A stretch of 24,442 nucleotides of DNA from a virus. Taxonomy: Duplodnaviria > Caudoviricetes. The translations under genes and the position numbers were made by a program. Where the stretch lies: positions 1 through 24,442 of IMG/VR virus record IMGVR_UViG_3300037479_000624; one strand, written 5' to 3'. Every line of letters starts with the position of its first letter. Position 1 is the stretch's first letter. This document shows positions 16,050-24,442 of the stretch, one piece after another. Under the pieces are notes generated by a model. That model was not told the DNA's origin. It saw only the letters and a list, made by a program, of their open reading frames with translations, and ran no database searches.

Positions 16050-17699
16050 GTGAAAATCCCCCAGATCGTTTCCGGCGCCGGCATCCCCGCGGGCATCCCT
16101 GCGGGCCAGGCGCGGGCCATCAATCCCGCCGGCACGATCGCCTCGGGCCTCAGTGATGTGGCCAACGTCGCCGTGCGCGCGCTCGACGCCCGCCAGCGCC
16201 TCCAGGCCGAGCAAGAGAAGATCGCCGCCGAGAGCGACGCGGCCGAGCGCCTGGCCCGCTTCGAGGTGGGCCTGGCCGAGTTCGACACCGGCCTGCGGCG
16301 GACGCAGCAGGACCCCACGGCGTACCTGGAGCAGTACCAGGAGGGCGTCCAGCGCCTCCGCGACGAGATCCTGGCCAACGCATCGGGTCCTGCCAGCGCG
16401 ATCCTGACGAAGAAGCTCACGCCCTACCTGGCCGGCAAGCAGATCGACGCCACGCACCACGCGGACAAGCTCTTCGTGGACGCCAACGAGGCGTCGCTCA
16501 CGCGCACGCTCGACCAGCGCGCCCAGCTCGCGGGGCTGGCCCCGATCGGCAACGCCGACGAGTTCGTGCGCCAGTACCGCGAGGCCGTCGCGGCGATCGA
16601 GGCCCGCCGGCCGATCCTCGGCAACCAGAAGACCGAGGCCCTGCTCATCAAGACCCGCGAGGGGTTCTTCGCGGAGCGGGCGCGCCGCCACGCCACCCTG
16701 GACCCCGAGTCCTTCATCCGCGAGGTGGAAGGGGGCGCATTCTACGAGGGCATGGACCCCACCCGGCGCGAGGCGCTCGTGGAGGGCGCGTCCCGGCGCA
16801 TCGAGGCCCGCCAGCGCGAGGCCGACCGGCTCCAGGCCAGGGCCGAGCGGACCTACGAGCACCAGCTCCGGCAGCAGCAGGACGAGGCCAACATCCGCGC
16901 GCGCCAGCTCTTCGACCGGGGCGCGCTCACCGTCGAGTGGCTCGACGACGCGGCCGAGCTGCGGCTGCTCACCCCGGAGAAGTACGAGCACTTCGTCACG
17001 CTCTTGAAGAAGGCGGCCGAGGAAGAGCCCAAGGCGGACCCGGCGCTGGTCCGTCGGCTCGGCGTCGAGGTGTACCGCATCGGCACCGACCCGCGCGCGA
17101 TGCAGCGCAAGGTGGAGCAGCTCATCGCGGACGGCCGGCTCCCCTACAAGGGCGAGGCCGAAAAGTGGCTCGGCCATCTCGAAGCGAGGGCCCGGTCCGA
17201 CGCGCTCCGGGCCGATGCGCAATCGGAGCGTGCGGAGCGCCGCGCCGAGGCCCTGGCCGAACGCGCGGAGACCCGGCGCCGCTCCGATCTGAACGCCGCG
17301 CACAGCCAGGCCGAGCAGCTCCTCGCCAACGACCTGCGCACGCGCTCGCCCTTCGAGCCCTTGAGCCAGGACGGCCAGATCGCGCTGGCCGACGCGCTGC
17401 GGGATCTCACGCGGGCTTCGGCCGCGATGGGCGGCAGCCAGCACCCGCTCGACTGGTACGAGGCGAACCGGCTCACGTACGTGGCGCGCGTGTCGGACGC
17501 GGCCCGCAATCGCCTCGAGGCCATCCGCCGCGAGATCGCTGCCGCGGGCTTCCAGAACGCGGCCGAGCTGGCGCGCGCCCGGCCGCGCCTGAGCGAGCAG
17601 GCGTACTACCGGCTCGTCGACCGCTTCCGCGACCTGGACATCCTCTCGCGCGAGGTGGGCCAGCTCGAGGCGCTGTCGAAGGTGAAGCGGGCCCCGTGA
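16050..17699 (+). CDS. internal virion/ejection protein (gp15-like position)
   Basis: MKIP start, helical charged composition, synteny. Confidence 0.7.
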   Translation: MKIPQIVSGAGIPAGIPAGQARAINPAGTIASGLSDVANVAVRALDARQRLQAEQEKIAAESDAAERLARFEVGLAEFDTGLRRTQQDPTAYLEQYQEGVQRLRDEILANASGPASAILTKKLTPYLAGKQIDATHHADKLFVDANEASLTRTLDQRAQLAGLAPIGNADEFVRQYREAVAAIEARRPILGNQKTEALLIKTREGFFAERARRHATLDPESFIREVEGGAFYEGMDPTRREALVEGASRRIEARQREADRLQARAERTYEHQLRQQQDEANIRARQLFDRGALTVEWLDDAAELRLLTPEKYEHFVTLLKKAAEEEPKADPALVRRLGVEVYRIGTDPRAMQRKVEQLIADGRLPYKGEAEKWLGHLEARARSDALRADAQSERAERRAEALAERAETRRRSDLNAAHSQAEQLLANDLRTRSPFEPLSQDGQIALADALRDLTRASAAMGGSQHPLDWYEANRLTYVARVSDAARNRLEAIRREIAAAGFQNAAELARARPRLSEQAYYRLVDRFRDLDILSREVGQLEALSKVKRAP

Positions 17700-20600
17700 A
17701 CGACGCGCAGGTGCTCACCGAGCGCGAGGCCCGGCGACGCCGCGAGCTGGACGCCTGGGTCGCGCAGCAGGTGGCCGCGCCGCAGGAGCAGCAGGCGACC
17801 ACGGTCCAGTACAAGGAGCCCTTTGGCCCGCCATCGCCCACCTTCGGCCAGAAGGCCGGCCAGGCGGCCGGGCAGATGGCGCGCACGGCGACGGCGACAC
17901 TCCGCACCGCCGCCGGCGCCATCGGAACGGGGCTGTGGCGCGGTGCCGAGTCGCTCGCCGAGGGCACGCGCAACATCATGGAGGGGCTCATCACCGTGAC
18001 GTCGGCCGTGCCCGTCACGCGCACGCCGCTCGCGCTGGATGAGTGGAGCGCCCGGATGCACGGCGTGAAGCGCGTCGTGGATGGACTGTTCCAGGTGGTC
18101 CTCTCGCCGGCGGCGGCCGCCACGGGTACGATCGGCGCCGGCGTCGACACCATGGCCCCGGGCGCGCTGGATGTGCCGTTCCTGGACCCGAACGTGTCGG
18201 CGTTCATCCGCATGAGCATGGGCGGGGCGACGCCGGAGGCGCCCTTCGGGGACCGGACCCCCATGACCGGGCGCGAGGTGCTCGACATTGTGGGCGGTCT
18301 CCTGTTCCTGGGGGGCGCCCACAGGGCCGTGGCGGGCCGTGGAGAGGCCCGGGGGAGAGCAGTACCCGCAGAATCGCCCCGAGCGCTTCCAGGGGGCACC
18401 CTGGAGCGCAAGGCGCTCCCGGCCATCGGGGAGACCACGCCGCCGACCGTCCGCGGACCGATCCCGCAGCCCGGGACGGTGGCACCCCGCGAGCTGACCC
18501 CCACGGAGCGATGGATCGTGCTCGACCGGCTCCGGCGCGAGGGCAAGCTCGAGCGTCTCATGCGCGCGGTCGAGGAGCAGGCGGCGGCCACCGCCCAGCG
18601 GGCCGAGGTGCTCCGCGAGCGGTTCCCACGGCGCGAGGCCGAAGGGGAGCCCGCGCGCGTCGAGGGCCGCCCCCCGGAGCTCCAGGCGGGGGAGCTGGTC
18701 GACCCGCAGGGCCGGCCGCTCCCGCCGGCGGGCGAGCCCACGATGACCGGCCGCGAGCGCGAACGGGCGCTCGGCAAGACGCCGCTTGGTGAGCCAGCGC
18801 GTGCGCAGGGCGAGGCGCCTGCCACGGGCACGCTGGAGACCCCGGCCGGCCCACTGCGCACGCGCGCCGAGATCCTCGCCGAACGCTACCCGCCTGAGCT
18901 GCGCGACGTCGCCGACCAGGCCGAGCAGGCCGTCATCGACGTCATGGCGCAGTGGGAGCGCCGCGCCGCGTCCGTGCGGACCGAGGCGGCGCGCCGCGAC
19001 CTGGCCCTGCGCCGCCAGGCCGAGGACGCCGAGTGGCTGCGTCGCGCCACGGAGAAGCCCGAGGAGGCTGGTCCGTCGCCGATCGACGCCGAGCTGGCCG
19101 AGGCCGGCGACTTCTTCACGACCATGGCGCGCCAGGAGCAGCAGGCGGCCGCCACACGCTTCACCGAGGAGGCCTACGCGGCAGCCCTCCAGCTCCCGGG
19201 CGTCAACCCCGCCACCATCGACGTGCTCGGCCTCATGGTCACCGAGCTACGCGAGGCCCGGGCCGGCCGGCGTATTCCAATCACGGAGCGCATCGAGGGC
19301 AAGGGAAAGGTCACGCGCACGATCGCCGAGCCCTCGACCTACCCCGACTACATCGACCAGCTCGGCTATCCGCGGACGCGGGCCGGGGCCGATCGGCTGG
19401 CCGCCGACATCGAGCGCGTCCTCGATGGCAAGGCGAGCCCGGAGAAGGCCGGACCGATCATCGACTACGCGAACCAGCAGACGGCGCGCTACCTCGGCGA
19501 GCAGGGGAGCGCCAACGTCGAGCTGCTCGCGCGCATGGCCGTGGGGGCGCTCATCGGCGGCAGCACGGGCGACACGCCGGAGGAGCGCATCCAGAACGGG
19601 CTCCTGGGGATGGGGCTCGGCGCGATCCTCTCGCGCCAGCTCGCGCGGACCTTCGTGGAACGCCTCAAGCAGCGCGGCCCGGTCGGGGAACCCGGTCCCA
19701 CGTTCAACGTGATCCTGATTCCCAACCTCCGGTGGATCGAGGCCAGCGAGAAGGTCAAGACCTTCCTCAGCGAGATCACCCAGGAATCGGCGCTGGCCAA
19801 GGAGGTCGAGGCGCAGGCGCGGGGCGTCCGGCCACGCGCCGAGACGGAGGCCGCGGCGCTCCGGCTCATCAAGGGCGGCCGCTTCCGCGCACAGAAGGTG
19901 CTCGACTTCGAGCCCGGCACGATCCTCAACGCCGAGCAGGCCGCGGCCGCGCGCATGCTCACCATCGCCTCAGCGAACCGCGCCGTGCGGATCGCCGGCG
20001 AGGTGAAGGCCGGCCGCGCCTCCATCGACGACCTGCACGCCGCCGTGGCGCTCTCCGGCCGCATGGTGGCCAATACCCACGCGGTCATGACGGAGCAGGG
20101 GCGGGCGCTCAACGCGCTCGGGATGACGGTGTCCGGGGACGTGCCGCTCAAGATCAGCCCGGAGCGACTCGCCGAGGTGGCCGCGCAGGCGCCGCGGGAT
20201 GCGCGCCTGGTCGACATCGTGCTCGATCTGGCCGCCGAGCACGGCCCCGAGCAGGTGGGCCGCTTCGCGCGCGCGTGGTCGGCGCTGCCGGACGCGCTGA
20301 TGGAGCTGTACTACGGCTTCCTGCTCTCGAACCCGCTGACCCAGCTCCGCAACACGGTGGGAAACACGCTCGCCACCGTGACGGCCCTGGCCGAGCGCCA
20401 GGCAGCCGGCGTCGGCGCCGCGTTCAATCCCTTCGCCGCGCCGAGCAAGGCCCACGTCGCCCTCGGCGAGGCCGGCCAGATGGCCGTGGCCGGGTTGGAG
20501 ACGCTGCGTGACTCGCTGCGGCTGGCCTACCGCGCCGCGCGCAGCGCCGAGGCCAACGTGACGAAGCTGGACACGCCCTTCCGCGAGCCGGCGATCACCG

Positions 20601-22135
20601 CCGAGCGGTTCGGCATGGACCCGGCGACGCCGTGGGGCGGCTTCGTCAACGGGCTGGGCTCCGTCGTGCGCGCCCCGCTGCGCGGGCTGGAGATCACCGA
20701 CACCTTCTTCAAGGCGTTGAGCTTCTCCATGGAGCGCAAGGCGCTCGCGCTCCGGCACGCCGAGTTCGAGGGGCTCACGGGCGAGGCCAAGGCCGCACGC
20801 ATCGCCGAGCTGTGGCGCGACCCGCCCGAGTGGCTGATGACCCAGGCGTGGGACTTCGCCAGGGAGCAGACCTTCTCGCGCGACTTCGAGGGGCGCATGG
20901 CGAGCCTCCAGCGCGGCCTCTCGCATCCGCTGCTCAAGATGACCATGCTGCCGTTCTTCCGCACGCCGCTGCGGCTGGCCGAGTACGCGGCCGTGCGGAC
21001 GCCGGTGCTCAACCTCATCACGTCGCAGTTCTGGGGCGACCTCCAGGCCGGCGGCGCGCGGCGCGAGCTGGCCATGGCCAAGCTCGGCACGGGCGCGGCG
21101 ATCGCCACGGCGGTCAGCTACGCGGTGCTCCAGGATCTCATCACGGGAAATCCGCCCAAGGACGCCGGAGAGCGGCGCCGCGCCGAAGAGGCCGGCGTCC
21201 AGTGGAAGAGCATCTACAACCCCGCCAGCCGGCGCTACTACTCGTACGACAACCTCGAACCCATCTCCTCGATCGTGGCCACGGTCGCGGATACCGTGAC
21301 CCTGATGCGCAAGCTCCCCGACGTCGAGGACGTCGAGACCCGGCTCGGCCAGCTTGTGACGGCCGTGACCCTGAGTGCCACCCGGAACCTGGCCAGCAAG
21401 CAGTACCTCGAATCGGTCGGCCGCTTCCTCGACGCCGTGCAGGAGCCGGACACGAACGCGGCGCTCAAGACCCTCCAGCGCCAGCTCGCGTCGTGGGTGC
21501 CCGCCATCGTCGGCCAGGCCGAGCGGATCTACGACCCGGCGATGCGCGAGACCGAGACGCTCCTTGAGGAGTTCCAGGCGAAGATCCCCGGGCTCAGCGA
21601 GACGCTGGTGCCCCGGCGGAACGTCATCACGGGCGAGCCCCTGCCGCACGGTGGCTTCACGCGCGAGAAAACGACGGACCCGGTGCTGCTCGAGATCCTC
21701 CGACTCGACGGCGCCGGCATCCGGGCCCCGCGGCCCTACGTCGCCGGCCGGGCGCCAACCACCGCACCGATCCCGATGGAGGAGCCGAGCGCGGGGCAGG
21801 GGATCGACCTGAACAAGCGGGAGTACGACCGGCTCATCGTCCTGATGACGCAGGAGCCGGGCGCCGGCGGGAGAACGCTGCACCAGGCCCTCGGCGACCT
21901 GATCGCGTCGCCGAACTACCAGCGGCAGGGCGATGGCCAGGACGGCGGCAAGGCGCTCCTGCTGCGCAACGTCTACCACGCCTACGTGGAGAGCGCCCGG
22001 GCGCGGCTGCGCCAGGAGAACCCCGAGCTGGAGGCGAAGATCCGGCGGCGGATGGAGGAGCGGCGCTTCCGGCTCACGCCGAGCGACCAGCCGGCCGGCG
22101 CCGTCCAGCAGCTCATGGACACACTCGGGAGGTAG
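17696..22135 (+). CDS. large internal virion/ejection protein (gp16-like position), about 1479 aa
   Basis: GTGA coupling gives start 17696; LLSNP.T..RN..GN, PFFRTP, YYSYD.LEP motifs and Gly-rich hydrophobic hairpins. Confidence 0.8.
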   Translation: MNDAQVLTEREARRRRELDAWVAQQVAAPQEQQATTVQYKEPFGPPSPTFGQKAGQAAGQMARTATATLRTAAGAIGTGLWRGAESLAEGTRNIMEGLITVTSAVPVTRTPLALDEWSARMHGVKRVVDGLFQVVLSPAAAATGTIGAGVDTMAPGALDVPFLDPNVSAFIRMSMGGATPEAPFGDRTPMTGREVLDIVGGLLFLGGAHRAVAGRGEARGRAVPAESPRALPGGTLERKALPAIGETTPPTVRGPIPQPGTVAPRELTPTERWIVLDRLRREGKLERLMRAVEEQAAATAQRAEVLRERFPRREAEGEPARVEGRPPELQAGELVDPQGRPLPPAGEPTMTGRERERALGKTPLGEPARAQGEAPATGTLETPAGPLRTRAEILAERYPPELRDVADQAEQAVIDVMAQWERRAASVRTEAARRDLALRRQAEDAEWLRRATEKPEEAGPSPIDAELAEAGDFFTTMARQEQQAAATRFTEEAYAAALQLPGVNPATIDVLGLMVTELREARAGRRIPITERIEGKGKVTRTIAEPSTYPDYIDQLGYPRTRAGADRLAADIERVLDGKASPEKAGPIIDYANQQTARYLGEQGSANVELLARMAVGALIGGSTGDTPEERIQNGLLGMGLGAILSRQLARTFVERLKQRGPVGEPGPTFNVILIPNLRWIEASEKVKTFLSEITQESALAKEVEAQARGVRPRAETEAAALRLIKGGRFRAQKVLDFEPGTILNAEQAAAARMLTIASANRAVRIAGEVKAGRASIDDLHAAVALSGRMVANTHAVMTEQGRALNALGMTVSGDVPLKISPERLAEVAAQAPRDARLVDIVLDLAAEHGPEQVGRFARAWSALPDALMELYYGFLLSNPLTQLRNTVGNTLATVTALAERQAAGVGAAFNPFAAPSKAHVALGEAGQMAVAGLETLRDSLRLAYRAARSAEANVTKLDTPFREPAITAERFGMDPATPWGGFVNGLGSVVRAPLRGLEITDTFFKALSFSMERKALALRHAEFEGLTGEAKAARIAELWRDPPEWLMTQAWDFAREQTFSRDFEGRMASLQRGLSHPLLKMTMLPFFRTPLRLAEYAAVRTPVLNLITSQFWGDLQAGGARRELAMAKLGTGAAIATAVSYAVLQDLITGNPPKDAGERRRAEEAGVQWKSIYNPASRRYYSYDNLEPISSIVATVADTVTLMRKLPDVEDVETRLGQLVTAVTLSATRNLASKQYLESVGRFLDAVQEPDTNAALKTLQRQLASWVPAIVGQAERIYDPAMRETETLLEEFQAKIPGLSETLVPRRNVITGEPLPHGGFTREKTTDPVLLEILRLDGAGIRAPRPYVAGRAPTTAPIPMEEPSAGQGIDLNKREYDRLIVLMTQEPGAGGRTLHQALGDLIASPNYQRQGDGQDGGKALLLRNVYHAYVESARARLRQENPELEAKIRRRMEERRFRLTPSDQPAGAVQQLMDTLGR

Positions 22136-22138
22136 CCA

Positions 22139-24262
22139 ATGAAGCGACTGACCGCAGCCCTCGTGTGGGCCCTGCTCCTGTCGTGGCTGACGCTGGTGGC
22201 CAGCGCCACGGTGACAACGACCACCGCCCGCAACGACTACACCGGGAACGGCGCCACCACGGTCTACCCGTACACCTTCCGCATCCTGGCCAACTCCCAC
22301 ATCCAGGTGATGGTCAACAACGTGGTGAAGTCCCTCACCACGGACTACACGGTGTCGGGGGTGGGCTCGCCCACAGGAGGCAACATCACCTTCCTCGTGG
22401 CGCCGCCGACCGGCCAGGCCATCGTGTTCTCGCGCCGCGTCCCGTTCACGCAGACCACCGACTACGTGCAGGGCGGCCCGCTGCCGGCCGAGACGCTGGA
22501 GCAGAATCTCGACAAGCTCACCATGATGGTGCAGCAGCTCCAGGAGCAGCAGCTCGCGCTCGCGGTGCCTCCCACGAACACCGTGTACTACAGCGCGAGC
22601 GCGGCGTCGGCCGCCATCGCGAACACCACGACGGAGACCACGTTCAGCACCGGGACGGTGACCGTCGCGGCCGGCGATCTGAACCAGCTCGGCGCCGTGC
22701 TGTGCGTCTCGGCTGGGGGGACGTACAGCACCACCGGGACGCCCACGCTCACGCTGCGCATCAAGACGCCCACCAGCACCACGACCCAGCTCGCGGCGAC
22801 GACCGTCACCAGCGCGAGCAACGAGCCCTGGTCGATCACGGCCTGCTGGACCGTGACCGCGATCGGCGCCTCCGGGGCCCTCGGCCGCGCGGGTGGGCTG
22901 GCGACCGTCTCGTCCACCACCGGCAACACGGCCGCGGGCACGGGCGCCGCGGTGGACCTCACGGTGAGCCAGAACTTCACCGTGACGGCGCAATGGGGCA
23001 CGGCGAACGCCGCGAACACGATCACGGCGCGCGGCGTGGCCGCCTGGCTGGACCGACAGCAGTCGTCGCCGGCCCTCCTGGCCAGTTTCAGCGGGAGCGG
23101 GACGGCCAGCGGGTTCGCCTACTGGACGGGGCCCAACGTGCTGGCGAGCCAGGTGAGCGGCATCGACCTGGCGATCAACGGGCACGCGACGCTCAACGCG
23201 GTGATGTCCCGAGGGACGAACGGCGCGCCGGACACCACCATCGGCCCGATGGCGTCGTTCTTTCGCATCGTGAATCAGTCGGCGTCGGCGTGTGACGGGG
23301 GGTCCGGGTTCTCTCCCGACTGCGCCTCTGGGCTCCAGGTGGTCGTGAATGGCACGACGGCGAACCAGGTGCAGCCGGTCGCCGCGTTCTTCGGAGGCCA
23401 GAACGACGCGACCACGGGAGACACCGTGTCCCCGCCCGGTGGACAGGCTGACTTTGCCGCGGTCTACGCGCACGCGCAGCTCAAGGTGGCGCCGAGCACC
23501 GGCAGCAAGCAGTCGATCGCCGGCTTCTTCGCGGCGCGGCGGGACGTGTCCACCAACTCGCTCATCCATGCCCTCGAGCTGGCGACGGAGAACTACACCT
23601 CGGTCGACTGCAACGTCGAGGACGTGAACTACCAGGGCGCCGACTGCGCCGGGATCTACCTGTTCAGCACGGGCGGCACGACGCACAAGAACGGCATCGG
23701 CATCGTGATGGGCGCCTCGGACCCCACGGCGAACATCAGCCGGTTTCAGTACGGATACACGTGCATGGGCGCCGGCCGCGGGCCCACGGTCGCGTGCTTT
23801 GCCGATGCGACCACGGCGACGTCCAGTCTGCTGCTCAAGGGCACCTACCAGAACGCCATCAACCTGCTGAGCGCGACCCTCACGGGGCCGGCGATCCTCT
23901 TGAAGAACGACACCAGCATGGGATGGGGCGGCGGCGCGAACCCCGTCATCCTCACGGCATCCGATGGGACGGGTGTGCTCACGCTGAGCTGGAACGGCGG
24001 GGCTGGCGGCACGGCGACGCTCAAGCTCGTCGGCACGGGGTCGAACCCGAACAAGCACATCCGGTCCGGTATCGGGGGAAGCGGCTACTTCGAGGTCATG
24101 AACAGCGCCAACAGTGCGGCGCTGCTGCAGATCGCCAATGGCGGCAACGTCTACATCCCTGCCATGGCGACTGGCAGCGCGGGCGGCAAGAAAGTGGTGT
24201 GTTACGACACCGCCACCAAGGAGCTGATCTATAGCTCCACCTCGACCGACTGCACCAACTGA
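22139..24262 (+). CDS. tail fibre/receptor-binding protein with T7 gp17-like N-terminal adaptor, preceded by a signal peptide
   Basis: YTGNGATTVYPYTFRI...DYTVSGVG...GG.ITF..AP...R.VP.TQ.TDY..G..LPAETLE..LDKLTM..QQL adaptor; T/A/G-rich beta body; GGGAGG RBS. Confidence 0.88.
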   Translation: MKRLTAALVWALLLSWLTLVASATVTTTTARNDYTGNGATTVYPYTFRILANSHIQVMVNNVVKSLTTDYTVSGVGSPTGGNITFLVAPPTGQAIVFSRRVPFTQTTDYVQGGPLPAETLEQNLDKLTMMVQQLQEQQLALAVPPTNTVYYSASAASAAIANTTTETTFSTGTVTVAAGDLNQLGAVLCVSAGGTYSTTGTPTLTLRIKTPTSTTTQLAATTVTSASNEPWSITACWTVTAIGASGALGRAGGLATVSSTTGNTAAGTGAAVDLTVSQNFTVTAQWGTANAANTITARGVAAWLDRQQSSPALLASFSGSGTASGFAYWTGPNVLASQVSGIDLAINGHATLNAVMSRGTNGAPDTTIGPMASFFRIVNQSASACDGGSGFSPDCASGLQVVVNGTTANQVQPVAAFFGGQNDATTGDTVSPPGGQADFAAVYAHAQLKVAPSTGSKQSIAGFFAARRDVSTNSLIHALELATENYTSVDCNVEDVNYQGADCAGIYLFSTGGTTHKNGIGIVMGASDPTANISRFQYGYTCMGAGRGPTVACFADATTATSSLLLKGTYQNAINLLSATLTGPAILLKNDTSMGWGGGANPVILTASDGTGVLTLSWNGGAGGTATLKLVGTGSNPNKHIRSGIGGSGYFEVMNSANSAALLQIANGGNVYIPAMATGSAGGKKVVCYDTATKELIYSSTSTDCTN

Positions 24263-24274
24263 AAGGACCATCGC

Positions 24275-24442
24275 GTGAGCAAGGGGTTGTCGATCATCAC
24301 CGCCATCTCGGCCTCGCTCGTCGGGCTGTTCTGCGCCTGGCAGCTCACCAGCCAAACGGTCTTGCTCGTGCTCAACGCCCAGGTGACGGCGGCCCAGGCG
24401 CAGGCGCAGCTGCGCGCGTGCGAGGCGCGGACGGCGAAGTAG
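24275..24442 (+). CDS. 55-aa membrane-anchored protein (i-spanin-like topology)
   Basis: AAAGGA RBS, GTG start; N-terminal TM followed by A/Q helix with Cys. Confidence 0.55.
   Translation: MSKGLSIITAISASLVGLFCAWQLTSQTVLLVLNAQVTAAQAQAQLRACEARTAK

Noticed and set aside
16937-17695. 5' extension of the 1732-aa ORF
   Set aside because: Overlaps the gp15-like gene with low-complexity R/P/G translation; GTG 17696 coupled to the upstream stop is the more plausible start
19970-24355. Very long minus-strand ORFs (1461 aa here; also 4484-6532, 5995-7947, 7826-9523, 15933-17444)
   Set aside because: Antisense shadows of high-GC3 genes; R/G/A/P-rich with no recognisable motifs
1-24442. CRISPR arrays, tRNA/rRNA genes, IS elements, phage RNAP promoters
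   Set aside because: No spaced direct repeats, cloverleafs, transposase motifs or repeated ~20-nt T7-type promoters were seen

Overview
GC-rich (roughly 70% by eye) phage or prophage DNA, almost all on the + strand, with tight ATGA/GTGA/TGATG gene coupling. It holds a near-complete podovirus-type virion module in T7/BPP-1-like order: portal (4514-6250), Bbp19-like protein, scaffold, major capsid (7868-8773), putative decoration/accessory proteins, tail tubular A and B (nozzle), a GNAT-fold gp13-like protein, three ejection proteins and a tail fibre (22139-24262). Upstream lie about 4.4 kb of small ORFs: tandem paralogues, a lipoprotein, a holin-like protein, a YegP/DUF1508-like protein and Zn-ribbon proteins. 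No terminase, endolysin, integrase or polymerase is visible. Most striking: (1) the tail fibre carries an apparent cleavable Sec signal peptide and 10 Cys in five apparent pairs, suggesting export and oxidative folding outside the cytoplasm, and the operon is studded with tiny membrane ORFs; (2) a near-consensus chromosomal parS site sits inside the tail operon; (3) a recurring CTATCG-N4-CGATAG operator-like palindrome marks three putative promoters. Product calls come from motif and synteny recognition only, not database searches.
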